A DNA stretch of 64,000 bases, taken from contig WGDC01000012.1 of NCBI GenBank assembly GCA_015493475.1, forward strand, positions 677 to 64,676, read 5' to 3'. Positions 1 through 8,211 of this stretch are shown one piece after another; positions within the stretch are counted from its first letter, which is position 1, and each line of letters starts with the position of its first letter. Under the pieces are notes generated by a model. The model was not told the origin of the DNA, made no database searches, and saw only the letters and a program-made list of their open reading frames with translations. Source of the stretch: Deltaproteobacteria bacterium (lineage in GTDB: Bacteria; Desulfobacterota; Dissulfuribacteria; Dissulfuribacterales; QOAL01). The position numbers and the translations under genes were made by a program.

Positions 1-1170
1 GAGCTTTGCCCCTGGTTTTACCGTGATAAGCTTTACCTGGAAGCGATCCCCTGATACAAGCCCCTCATAAGAGCCCCAGGGACGATAGACCTTGGAATGA
101 AAAAGGAACTCTTCCCTTCCCTGTTCCTTTAGGCGCCTAACTATTTTCTTGACCTGCTGGCTTTTGCTCTTATCTGCAACAAGCACCGCATCCTTTGTCT
201 CAACCACCACCAGATCCTTTACTCCCAAGGCCGCAAGCAGTCTGCTTTCGGAAAACAGCAAGCAGTCAGAGACATCTTCAGACACCACGTCTCCACGCAC
301 AACATTGGAGTTGTGTTTTTTGGGAAGAACCTCCCACAACGAGGACCAGGAACCGATGTCGTTCCAGCCACTGTCAAGGCTGACAACTGCTGCTCTGTTG
401 GTTCTTTCCATTACCGCATAATCAACTGAGTTGGCAGGACATGTCTCAAAAACGCCCTTTTCAAGGCGTAAGAAATCAAGGTCTTTTATAGCGTATTCAT
501 AGGCTTTAACGCACTTCCCATATATCTTAGGTTCAAATTTTTTAAGTTCTTCAAGATAGTCAACAGGGCGAAAGAGAAACATGCCAGAGTTCCAAAGATG
601 TTCAGAGGACGCCACATATTCTTCTGCACGTTTTTTGTCTGGTTTTTCTATAAATTTTTCAACCTTGAAGGCCAGATCTGAAAGCCTTTCTCCCTTTTTT
701 ATGTACCCATAGCCAGTTTCTGGAAAGGCCGGCCTTATTCCAAAGGTAACAAGTCTGCCTTCATAGGCCAAGGATAAGCCTTGCTCAACCGCCTTTTGAA
801 ATTCCATCTGGTTTTCAAGAAGGTGATCCGCAGGAAGAACGAGCATTACCGCCTCTGGCTCCTTTTTCTGACAATAAAGGGCTGCCGCGGCAACCGCCGG
901 TGCAGTGTTACGCTTTGCCGGCTCGAGGATTATATCCAGGGGTTTTACACCTATCTGCTGCAACTGTTCTGAAATCAAAAAGCGATGCTCGTTGTTGCAT
1001 ACAAGCAAAGGAGATGAAGTGTCAGTAAGAGCTGCAGCGCGTTTGACTGTCTGCTGAATGAGGGTATTGGTTCCTGTTAGGGCAAGAAGCTGTTTAGGGT
1101 AGGCATGGCGGGAAAGTGGCCAAAGCCTTGAACCTGAACCTCCAGAAAGTACAACGGGAATGGTCTTCAT
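1..1170 (-). CDS. manC: Mannose-1-phosphate guanylyltransferase / mannose-6-phosphate isomerase (partial; 3' end runs off the window)
   Basis: Absent from the ORF track because it is truncated. Manual translation from ATG at 1170 gives MKTIPVVLSGGSGSRLWPLSRHAYPKQLL..., later NTAPAVA, ETGYGYI, FIEKP and WNSGMF, then a cupin region (RPWG..., FQVKLITVKPG). Confidence 0.93.
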   Translation of the reverse strand, partial: MKTIPVVLSGGSGSRLWPLSRHAYPKQLLALTGTNTLIQQTVKRAAALTDTSSPLLVCNNEHRFLISEQLQQIGVKPLDIILEPAKRNTAPAVAAAALYCQKKEPEAVMLVLPADHLLENQMEFQKAVEQGLSLAYEGRLVTFGIRPAFPETGYGYIKKGERLSDLAFKVEKFIEKPDKKRAEEYVASSEHLWNSGMFLFRPVDYLEELKKFEPKIYGKCVKAYEYAIKDLDFLRLEKGVFETCPANSVDYAVMERTNRAAVVSLDSGWNDIGSWSSLWEVLPKKHNSNVVRGDVVSEDVSDCLLFSESRLLAALGVKDLVVVETKDAVLVADKSKSQQVKKIVRRLKEQGREEFLFHSKVYRPWGSYEGLVSGDRFQVKLITVKPGAKL

Positions 1171-1171
1171 G

Positions 1172-2041
1172 TTAGACTGCCTGTTCACCTATGGCGACAA
1201 GCTGAGAGCATGTGAGAAACTCAAATTGATTGTCTTGGAAATTTTTCAAAAAATTTTCCAGCCTTTTAACATTTCCGCTTATACCCGTATAGTGTCGGAA
1301 GCGGTGATTCCACTGAAGGCCCTTCACCTTGGGTTGTCCTGGGTCAAATTCCCATGGATGGCAATAAAACAGGTAAGAGCCTTGCTTCTTGAGAATTCTT
1401 TTTACTCCTTTGTTAAATAGCAACGAGGGAATGATGCGAAAATAGCCTCCTCCGCCCCACGGAATGGTTCTCCCAAAAAACTTGAGGTTACTAATAGGCA
1501 GTTCATAAAACCCTTCATTGTCTTGCAAAAGTCCTGGCCTTACCTCTTTCCAGCTTCCGTGGAGGGAACCGTATCTGCCATGGACACTAAAATCATTGTA
1601 ACTTGAGTCATATACAAATCCACTATCTTTAAGGATGGAAACAAGGGTTTTGTTTGTTGAAAAGCTTGGGGCCCGATAGCCCATAACAGGCCGTGACGTG
1701 ATGTCTTCCAATATTTTTTTGCTTTTTAGGATATCCTCCCTTAAGGAGGGCTGGTCAATGTCACAGCAAAGCCTGTGTCCGTAGCCGTGGCTTGCAATTT
1801 CGTGCCCCTGACTGCTTATTTTTCTTACAAAATTCGGAAGGCGCTTTGCAATCCAGCCAAGGACAAAGAATGTGGCCCTGATATTGTAAGTGTGAAATAT
1901 ATCAAGTAGTTTGTGGGTGGGCTCCTCAAGCCGCAGCCTGCAATTGCGCCACGTGTTACAAGGAAAGCGAGAACGGAGATTTTCCACCTGGAACCAGTCT
2001 TCCAGATCTACGGTTACAAGGATTTGCGCCACTATTTTCAA
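1172..2041 (-). CDS. Polysaccharide deacetylase (DUF3473 / PEP-CTERM-locus type)
   Basis: TVDLEDWFQ, ATFFVLGW, HEIASHGYGH, GYRAPSFS, GGGYFR and HPWEFDP motifs; lies within the EPS operon. Confidence 0.9.
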   Translation of the reverse strand: MKIVAQILVTVDLEDWFQVENLRSRFPCNTWRNCRLRLEEPTHKLLDIFHTYNIRATFFVLGWIAKRLPNFVRKISSQGHEIASHGYGHRLCCDIDQPSLREDILKSKKILEDITSRPVMGYRAPSFSTNKTLVSILKDSGFVYDSSYNDFSVHGRYGSLHGSWKEVRPGLLQDNEGFYELPISNLKFFGRTIPWGGGGYFRIIPSLLFNKGVKRILKKQGSYLFYCHPWEFDPGQPKVKGLQWNHRFRHYTGISGNVKRLENFLKNFQDNQFEFLTCSQLVAIGEQAV

Positions 2042-2076
2042 CCACTCGCTTCGCTCAATAACCGGAAAACATAGAA

Positions 2077-3384
2077 CTATCTTCCAACTCCTGTGTATTT
2101 AAAACCCAATTTTTTCATGGTTTCAGGATCGTAAACGTTCCTAAGATCAATGAATACGGGCTGCCTCATGAGGGAACGTATCCTTTCCATGTCCAGGGCC
2201 CGGTACTGGTTCCATTCTGTCATGAGGACCAGGGCATCGGCATCCTTACTTGCCTCGTAGGCGTCCCTGACATACTTTATTCCATCGGGCAGATATTTTT
2301 TGGCCTCTTTGATGCCTTGTGGGTCGTGGGCACGCACAATTGCACCCTTTTCCATAAGTGCCGGAATTATTGTGACAGATGGCGCCTCTCTCATGTCATC
2401 GGTCTCAGGCTTGAAGGTGAGCCCGAGAAAGCCCACTGTTTTACCGGCGACAGAACCGCCCAGGGCATCCTTTATCTTTTTCACCATCCTTGCCTTTTGT
2501 GCAGCGTTTACTTCAACTGCCGCCTCCACCAGGCGCAATCCTTCTCCATACTCCTGGGCAATTCTCAAGAGGGCAAGGGTATCCTTTGGGAAACATGAAC
2601 CGCCATACCCAGGACCTGGATGGAGAAACTTTGGCCCAATGCGCTTATCCATTCCTATGGCCTTGGCAAGTGATGTTACGTCTGCTCCCACGGCCTCACA
2701 GACATTGGCCATCTCGTTTATGAAGCTGATCTTCATGGCCAGAAAGGCATTTGCCGCATACTTTATGAGCTCAGCCGTCTCAATGGTCGTACAAACTATG
2801 GGTGTTTCAATCAGATACAAAGGCTTGTAGATTTCTCGAAGTACATTTTCAGCCCTTTCACTGTCAACCCCTATTACTATCCGGTCAGGACGCATGAAGT
2901 CGTTAATGGCCGCTCCCTCCCGAAGAAATTCCGGGTTTGAGGCCACATCGAAGTCTGCCTCGGGATTCTCTTCCTTAATAATCCTGGCCACCTGTCTTGC
3001 AGTGCCAACAGGCACGGTGCTCTTATCAACCACAACGGTATAACCTGAAAGATACGGGGCAAGCTCGCGAGCAGCCTGATAGACATAGGTAAGGTCTGCA
3101 TATCCGTCTCCCCTCCTGCTGCTTGGGGTTCCAACGGCAAGGAAAACGGCATCTGCACCTGGCACAGAAGCCGCAAGATCAACTGTAAACTTGAGGCGGC
3201 CTTCCTTGACATTCTTGGCAACAAGTGTATCCAGCCCGGGCTCGTAAATTGGAATCTCGCCCCTGTTAAGGCTTTCTATCTTTTCCTCTATCTTATCAAC
3301 ACAAGTTACATGATGGCCGAACTCTGAGAAACAGGTACCTGTTACAAGGCCCACGTAACCGGTGCCAATCATTGTGATATTCAT
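2077..3384 (-). CDS. ugd: UDP-glucose 6-dehydrogenase
   Basis: GTGYVG Rossmann motif, [26 protein letters not shown] catalytic Cys, [10 protein letters not shown]. Confidence 0.95.
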   Translation of the reverse strand: MNITMIGTGYVGLVTGTCFSEFGHHVTCVDKIEEKIESLNRGEIPIYEPGLDTLVAKNVKEGRLKFTVDLAASVPGADAVFLAVGTPSSRRGDGYADLTYVYQAARELAPYLSGYTVVVDKSTVPVGTARQVARIIKEENPEADFDVASNPEFLREGAAINDFMRPDRIVIGVDSERAENVLREIYKPLYLIETPIVCTTIETAELIKYAANAFLAMKISFINEMANVCEAVGADVTSLAKAIGMDKRIGPKFLHPGPGYGGSCFPKDTLALLRIAQEYGEGLRLVEAAVEVNAAQKARMVKKIKDALGGSVAGKTVGFLGLTFKPETDDMREAPSVTIIPALMEKGAIVRAHDPQGIKEAKKYLPDGIKYVRDAYEASKDADALVLMTEWNQYRALDMERIRSLMRQPVFIDLRNVYDPETMKKLGFKYTGVGR

Positions 3385-3725
3385 TTATTGGACCTTCCCT
3401 CTGAGATCTTTTCTACCTCTTTCTTAAGTTCCTCAATTTCCTGCTGGAGATTTTCATACTCTTTCATCTTTTTCTTGAAGTATCGGATGGTCACGTTGGC
3501 CTTTTCTTCAAGCCCCTTGGGGGTGAGTATGTAGGAGTATGCCTTTTTGTTCTTGGAATTACAAAACTCTTCCGCCTTGATAAAGCCCTTTTCTATAAGG
3601 GCCTTTAAGGCATAGTTTATCTTGCCAAGGCTGAGGCCCAGCGAGGTTGCAATGGCCCTTTGAGATATGGCTGGCCTACTGCTTAAAAGGCGAAGGAGCT
3701 GGTAACTAAGACCGTCGTCAAGCAT
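3381..3725 (-). CDS. EPS-associated MarR-family (winged-helix) transcriptional regulator
   Basis: [27 protein letters not shown]...[17 protein letters not shown] followed by a C-terminal coiled coil. First gene of the EPS operon; overlaps the ugd start. Start is ATG 3725 or TTG 3728. Confidence 0.88.
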   Translation of the reverse strand: MLDDGLSYQLLRLLSSRPAISQRAIATSLGLSLGKINYALKALIEKGFIKAEEFCNSKNKKAYSYILTPKGLEEKANVTIRYFKKKMKEYENLQQEIEELKKEVEKISEGRSNK

Positions 3726-3745
3726 CAAGAATTGATTAAAATTGA

Positions 3746-3757
3746 CAAGCTACCGCT
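3746..3757 (-). promoter_or_regulatory. ops-like (RfaH-recruitment / pause) element
   Basis: Minus strand reads AGCGGTAGCTTG versus ops consensus GGCGGTAGnnTG. It lies in the leader of a polysaccharide operon about 20 nt before the first start codon. Confidence 0.65.
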
Positions 3758-3807
3758 ATTTGGGTGAAGATTTCGAGGATTTCCCGATCAATACCCACCT
3801 GGAATCA

Positions 3808-3824
3808 TGTTCATCGAATGAACA
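3808..3824. promoter_or_regulatory. Palindromic operator TGTTCAT-CGA-ATGAACA (copy 1)
   Basis: Perfect 7-3-7 inverted repeat overlapping the predicted EPS transcription start. Its 13-bp core is repeated exactly at 3893-3905. Confidence 0.6.
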
Positions 3825-3831
3825 CAGCTTT

Positions 3832-3860
3832 ATTTTAAACCATGAGCGGTAGGCTTTCAA
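3832..3860 (-). promoter_or_regulatory. Predicted sigma70 promoter of the EPS operon
   Basis: Minus strand TTGAAA (3860-3855), 17 bp spacer, TAAAAT (3837-3832). Confidence 0.55.
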
Positions 3861-3892
3861 CCTGATTTTTAAGCCAACCCGGCCTTTGTACC

Positions 3893-3905
3893 TTCATCGA
3901 ATGAA
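3893..3905. promoter_or_regulatory. Palindromic operator TTCAT-CGA-ATGAA (copy 2)
   Basis: Identical to 3810-3822; lies between the divergent marR-EPS and ftsK genes. Confidence 0.5.
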
Positions 3906-3985
3906 ACGGGTTTGTTCTTTAAGAGTGGACATGAACTTGTAAGAACGTGAATTTTGGTTAAATTGTCAGGATATCACAGGAAATT

Positions 3986-6103
3986 ATGACAAAGAAAGAA
4001 CAAGAAAAAAGAAACGAAGGAGAAAGGATATCCTTTTCAAGGGAAGTCGGGTTTGTTCTTCTACTTGGCGTGGTAATCTTCGTTGCCGCCTCCCTGTTAA
4101 GCTACAACCCAACCGATCCAAGCCTTAATCACCTTGGGGCGGAAAAGGCGAGAAACTGGATGGGGCCAGCAGGAGCTGCACTTTCTGACCTTCTAATGTC
4201 GGCCTTTGGCCTGGCCTCATGGCTTCTCGTGCCTATCCTGGTGATCGGCCTTGTCTCACTCGTTAAGGGCAGCATCTGGAACAGAAGGACAATACATCTT
4301 ATTTCCGGGAGCATCCTCATCCTTTTAAGTTCCTGCATACTCTTATGGCTCATTGAGCCGTCCAAGATGATGGGGGGAATAGTAGGGGCAGCGCTTGCCC
4401 AGAGCCTCACCGACTGGTTTGGACCTGGCGGGGCCTTTCTCTTTGGCTTTCTGCTCTTTCTGGTAGGTCTCGTGGTTGGCACCCCCTTTTCCTTATCCCT
4501 CCTGTTTAACAGGGTCTCATGCCTTTTCAGAAAAAAGCGCAAGGACGCTCTTCAAGAGGAGGGAAAAGGGCACAAGCCTAAACAAAAGGAGGAGAGAGAA
4601 CCGGACATAGTTGAGCCGGTTATTGTGGAAAAAAAGAAACCCGTTGATGAGAAACCTCCTAAAGAGATGGAGGACTTTCAGGTCAACCCGGTAAAAGGGG
4701 ACTTTGTCCGACCTCCCCTAACATTCCTGCAGGAGCCACCAGATGAGGAAATAAGGATAGACAAGGAAGAATACATTGAAAATTCCAAGGTGCTTGAGCA
4801 GAAGCTAAAGGACTTTGGCGTGTCTGGCCGGGTGGTTGAGATATGCCCAGGCCCGGTGGTTACCATGTACGAGTTTTCCCCTGCCCCTGGCGTAAAGATC
4901 AACAAGGTGGCCTCCCTTGCAGACGACCTGGCCCTTGCCCTTAAGACAAGAAGCGTGAGGATAGTTGCCCCCATTCCGGGAAAGGCAGTCATCGGAATAG
5001 AGCTTGCCAACCCCAGGAGGCAGACCGTGTATCTCAGGCAGATTCTTTCTGCCGACGTATTCCAGAAGGGAAAGGGAGAGCTCCTTCTTGCCCTTGGGCA
5101 GGACATAGTAGGACAGCCTGTGGTGACGGATCTTGCACGCATGCCGCACCTTCTCATAGCAGGGGCAACGGGAACGGGAAAGAGCGTTGGCCTAAACAGC
5201 ATGATATGCTCCCTTCTCTACAGGCTTGGCCCGGACAAGCTGCGTCTTTTGATGATTGATCCAAAGCGCATTGAGCTTTCTCTCTATGACGGAATCCCCC
5301 ACCTCATACACCCGGTGGTAAGCGAGCCAAAGGAGGCCACCCGAGCGCTGAGGTGGGCCGTAATGGAGATGGAGCGAAGGTACCAGCTTCTTGAAGAGGC
5401 CCATGCCAGAAACGTATCTGGCTACAACAAACAGGCAGAAGAACCCCTTCCCTACCTGGTTGTAATAATCGATGAACTTGCAGATCTCATGATGGTCTCC
5501 TCAAAGGAGGTTGAGGCATCCATTGCCCGTCTTGCCCAGATGGCAAGGGCAGCAGGCATGCACATAATCATAGCTACCCAGCGCCCATCTGTGGACGTAC
5601 TCACCGGGCTCATAAAGGCCAACTTTCCGGCCCGCATATCCTTCAAGGTCTCTTCCAAGGTGGATTCCAGGACCATCCTTGACACAATGGGGGCTGAAAG
5701 GCTCCTTGGAAACGGGGACATGCTCTTTCTGCCTCCTGGGACATCAAACTTGGAACGCATCCACGGGGCCTATGTCTCAGAGGCAGAAATAATGAAGGTT
5801 GTTGAATTCCTAAAGGCCCAGGGAGAACCTGATTACGACCTCTCTGTTGTTGAACCAGGCCCTGAGGAGGCCTCTGAAGAAGGAGGGGGCGCAGGGGATT
5901 TCTACGACGAAAAGTATGACGAGGCAGTTGAGATAGTAACATCCACTGGCCAGGCCTCCATCTCTGGCCTGCAAAGAAGGCTCAGGGTGGGCTACAACCG
6001 GGCGGCAAGGATGATAGAGCAGATGGAGCGCGACGGCATAGTAACCCCTACAGACACCATGGGAAGGCGCCAGGTTATAGCAAGGGGCTATGAAGACGTG
6101 TGA
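3986..6103 (+). CDS. ftsK: DNA translocase FtsK
   Basis: N-terminal TM segments, MPHLLIAGATGTGKS Walker A, IIDELADLMM, ATQRPSVDV, and gamma domain QRRLRVGYNRAARMIEQME. Confidence 0.96.
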   Translation: MTKKEQEKRNEGERISFSREVGFVLLLGVVIFVAASLLSYNPTDPSLNHLGAEKARNWMGPAGAALSDLLMSAFGLASWLLVPILVIGLVSLVKGSIWNRRTIHLISGSILILLSSCILLWLIEPSKMMGGIVGAALAQSLTDWFGPGGAFLFGFLLFLVGLVVGTPFSLSLLFNRVSCLFRKKRKDALQEEGKGHKPKQKEEREPDIVEPVIVEKKKPVDEKPPKEMEDFQVNPVKGDFVRPPLTFLQEPPDEEIRIDKEEYIENSKVLEQKLKDFGVSGRVVEICPGPVVTMYEFSPAPGVKINKVASLADDLALALKTRSVRIVAPIPGKAVIGIELANPRRQTVYLRQILSADVFQKGKGELLLALGQDIVGQPVVTDLARMPHLLIAGATGTGKSVGLNSMICSLLYRLGPDKLRLLMIDPKRIELSLYDGIPHLIHPVVSEPKEATRALRWAVMEMERRYQLLEEAHARNVSGYNKQAEEPLPYLVVIIDELADLMMVSSKEVEASIARLAQMARAAGMHIIIATQRPSVDVLTGLIKANFPARISFKVSSKVDSRTILDTMGAERLLGNGDMLFLPPGTSNLERIHGAYVSEAEIMKVVEFLKAQGEPDYDLSVVEPGPEEASEEGGGAGDFYDEKYDEAVEIVTSTGQASISGLQRRLRVGYNRAARMIEQMERDGIVTPTDTMGRRQVIARGYEDV

Positions 6104-7316
6104 ACTCCTTGCCCCAGCAGGGAGCTTAGAGAAGCTCAAAATTGCAATAGCCTACGGAGCAGACGCGGTCTATTTCGGGGCAAAGGACTTTAGCCTCAGG
6201 GCCAAGGCAGGAAACCTGGATGAAAGCGGGCTTTCAGAGGCAGTCGCCTATGCAAGAAAACGTGGGGTCAAGTCCTACGTTACCGTAAACATATTTGTAA
6301 GAAACAGGGATATTGAAAGGCTTCCAGGCTTTCTCTGCCTCCTTTCAGAAATAGGCCCGGACGCGCTGATAATAAGTGATCCGGGCGTAATCGCCCTTGC
6401 CAAGGAACATGCGCCCAAAATACCAATTCACCTTTCCACCCAGGCAAACACCCTAAACTATGGCGCTGCCCTCTTCTGGCAGAATCAGGGCATAAAAAGA
6501 ATAAATCTTGCCCGTGAACTCAGCCTTAACGCGATAGAGAGCATCCGAAGGCGCGTGCCCCAAGTGGAGCTTGAGGTCTTTGTCCACGGCGCCCTTTGCA
6601 TTGCCTATTCTGGAAGGTGCATGTTGAGTCTGTATCTTACAGGAAGGGAGGCCAACCAGGGCCTTTGCGCACACCCTTGCAGGTATTCCTATTCACTTCA
6701 GGAAGAAAAAAGGCCAGGAGAGTTCTTTCCTGTGGAGGAGGACGAAAAGGGACTCTACATCTTTAATTCCAAGGACCTGTGCCTCATAAACAGGCTTAAC
6801 GAGCTTGTTGATGCAGGGGTTGATTCCCTGAAGATAGAGGGCAGGATGAAGGGCAAGCTCTATGTGGCAACGGTTGTCCGGGCCTACAGGGCGGCCCTTG
6901 ATGAGGCCATGGGGAAAAGGGCCCCTGGCTTTTCCAGAAAAAGGCTCACTAAGGAGCTAATGGGCATAACATCCAGGGGTTTTACGGAAAACTTCTTTTC
7001 ATCCGCTCCTGAAAGAAAGGACATGATCTACCACGGCCACAAGGTACCCCAGCTCTTCATACCCGTAGGAGTTGTCACAAAGGGAGGCAAACATCCAATC
7101 ATAAAGGCAAGCTACGTTATAAGGCCTAAGGACGAACTTGAATACATGGACGAAGGCCTTGTTGACAGGCCCTTTCGCGTCCTTTCCATAAAGGATGCAA
7201 AAAGCGGCGAAGACATCCCCATGACAACTGGCGGCGAAACCGTAAGCCTTGTTACCGACAAAGACATAGCCTTTAAGGAATATGGACTCATCAGGAAAAG
7301 AAAAGGGGGGGCATAG
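6090..7316 (+). CDS. Peptidase U32 family protein (TrhP/YegQ-like tRNA hydroxylation protein)
   Basis: ELLAPAG, HLSTQAN, EVFVHGALCIAYSGRC...NQGLCAHPCR Fe-S motif, SLKIEGRMK. Confidence 0.9.
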   Translation: MKTCELLAPAGSLEKLKIAIAYGADAVYFGAKDFSLRAKAGNLDESGLSEAVAYARKRGVKSYVTVNIFVRNRDIERLPGFLCLLSEIGPDALIISDPGVIALAKEHAPKIPIHLSTQANTLNYGAALFWQNQGIKRINLARELSLNAIESIRRRVPQVELEVFVHGALCIAYSGRCMLSLYLTGREANQGLCAHPCRYSYSLQEEKRPGEFFPVEEDEKGLYIFNSKDLCLINRLNELVDAGVDSLKIEGRMKGKLYVATVVRAYRAALDEAMGKRAPGFSRKRLTKELMGITSRGFTENFFSSAPERKDMIYHGHKVPQLFIPVGVVTKGGKHPIIKASYVIRPKDELEYMDEGLVDRPFRVLSIKDAKSGEDIPMTTGGETVSLVTDKDIAFKEYGLIRKRKGGA

Positions 7317-7317
7317 G

Positions 7318-7989
7318 GTGATCCCCGCCTACACATCCCCCAAGGACCTTGGCCTTGGGATCAGGCAGCCTAAAGAAGGCTACAGGTTCTCAGTGGATGC
7401 ACTCCTTCTTGCCGACTTTGTAAAGATAAAAAAAGGATCAAGGGTAATAGAGCTTGGGGCAGGCTGCGGCATAATCTCCCTTATTCTTTCAAAAAGATTT
7501 CCTGAAAGCCACTTTAAAGCGGTTGAAATACAGGAGGCTCTCTTTGGTTTTATGGAACAAAATATCAGGATAAACCGCACGTCAAACATCACCCCGCTTC
7601 TTCTTGATATGAAGGAGCTTCCAAAGCGCTTTAAGCGCGGAGGTTTTGACCACGTTGTGTCCAATCCGCCCTTCAGGAAGCCAGATAGTGGAAGGCTCTG
7701 TCTTGACTCCCAGGAGGCGCTTTCAAGACACGAGATACTCATTACGCTAAAAGAACTGTTGAAGATATCCTTTTTTCTATTAAGCCCCGGGGGCAGGTTT
7801 TCCATTGTCTTTCCTGCAGAAAGGACCGCAGAGCTCATGACTAACATGAGCCTTGAAAAACTTGAGCCAAAAAGACTCCAGTTCGTTCATGCAGATGAAG
7901 AGCGCCAGGCAAGGCTTATCCTTGCAGAAGGGGTCAAAAATGGTGGGGTTGAGGCAAGGATTCTTCCCCCCCTTTTCATCAATCAATAA
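7318..7989 (+). CDS. tRNA1(Val) A37 N6-methyltransferase (TrmN6/YfiC-like)
   Basis: QPKEGYRFSVDALLLA, ELGAGCG SAM motif, SNPPF, SRHE. Probable GTG start at 7318 (the ORF is open from 7282). Confidence 0.88.
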   Translation: MIPAYTSPKDLGLGIRQPKEGYRFSVDALLLADFVKIKKGSRVIELGAGCGIISLILSKRFPESHFKAVEIQEALFGFMEQNIRINRTSNITPLLLDMKELPKRFKRGGFDHVVSNPPFRKPDSGRLCLDSQEALSRHEILITLKELLKISFFLLSPGGRFSIVFPAERTAELMTNMSLEKLEPKRLQFVHADEERQARLILAEGVKNGGVEARILPPLFINQ

Positions 7990-7991
7990 GT

Positions 7992-8020
7992 TTGACACCC
8001 GCCTTTTCGCCATGTAATTT
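7992..8020 (+). promoter_or_regulatory. Predicted sigma70 promoter upstream of mltD
   Basis: TTGACA (7992-7997), 17 bp spacer, TAATTT (8015-8020). Confidence 0.6.
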
Positions 8021-8027
8021 TAAAGAC

Positions 8028-8101
8028 TTTGTAAGGCGCAGAACGCTGATAGAAAGAATGCTTCGTGTGGAGGCAGAGGCAGCATACTGCTTCCTTACAA
8101 G
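8028..8101 (+). other. Candidate structured 5' leader RNA (long interrupted hairpin)
   Basis: Nested pairings TTGTAAGG/CCTTACAA, GCAG/CTGC, GCTG/CAGC and TGCTTC/GAGGCA, starting at the predicted TSS. Confidence 0.35.
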
Positions 8102-8211
8102 AATTTATGACCTGTATCTTGTCCTTAAATAAAACAAGCTGATTAGTTTTGCACTCTCACATAAAACTGATAAAAAATACCAATTTCATGCCGAGGAGGA
8201 CTACTGTCGCC

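Noticed and set aside
3750-3852. Inverted repeat CTACCGCT / AGCGGTAG that could sequester ops in RNA or be a second ops for ftsK
   Set aside because: The second copy lies in the promoter spacer upstream of the predicted TSS, so it is not in the EPS transcript. It also lacks the terminal TG of ops.
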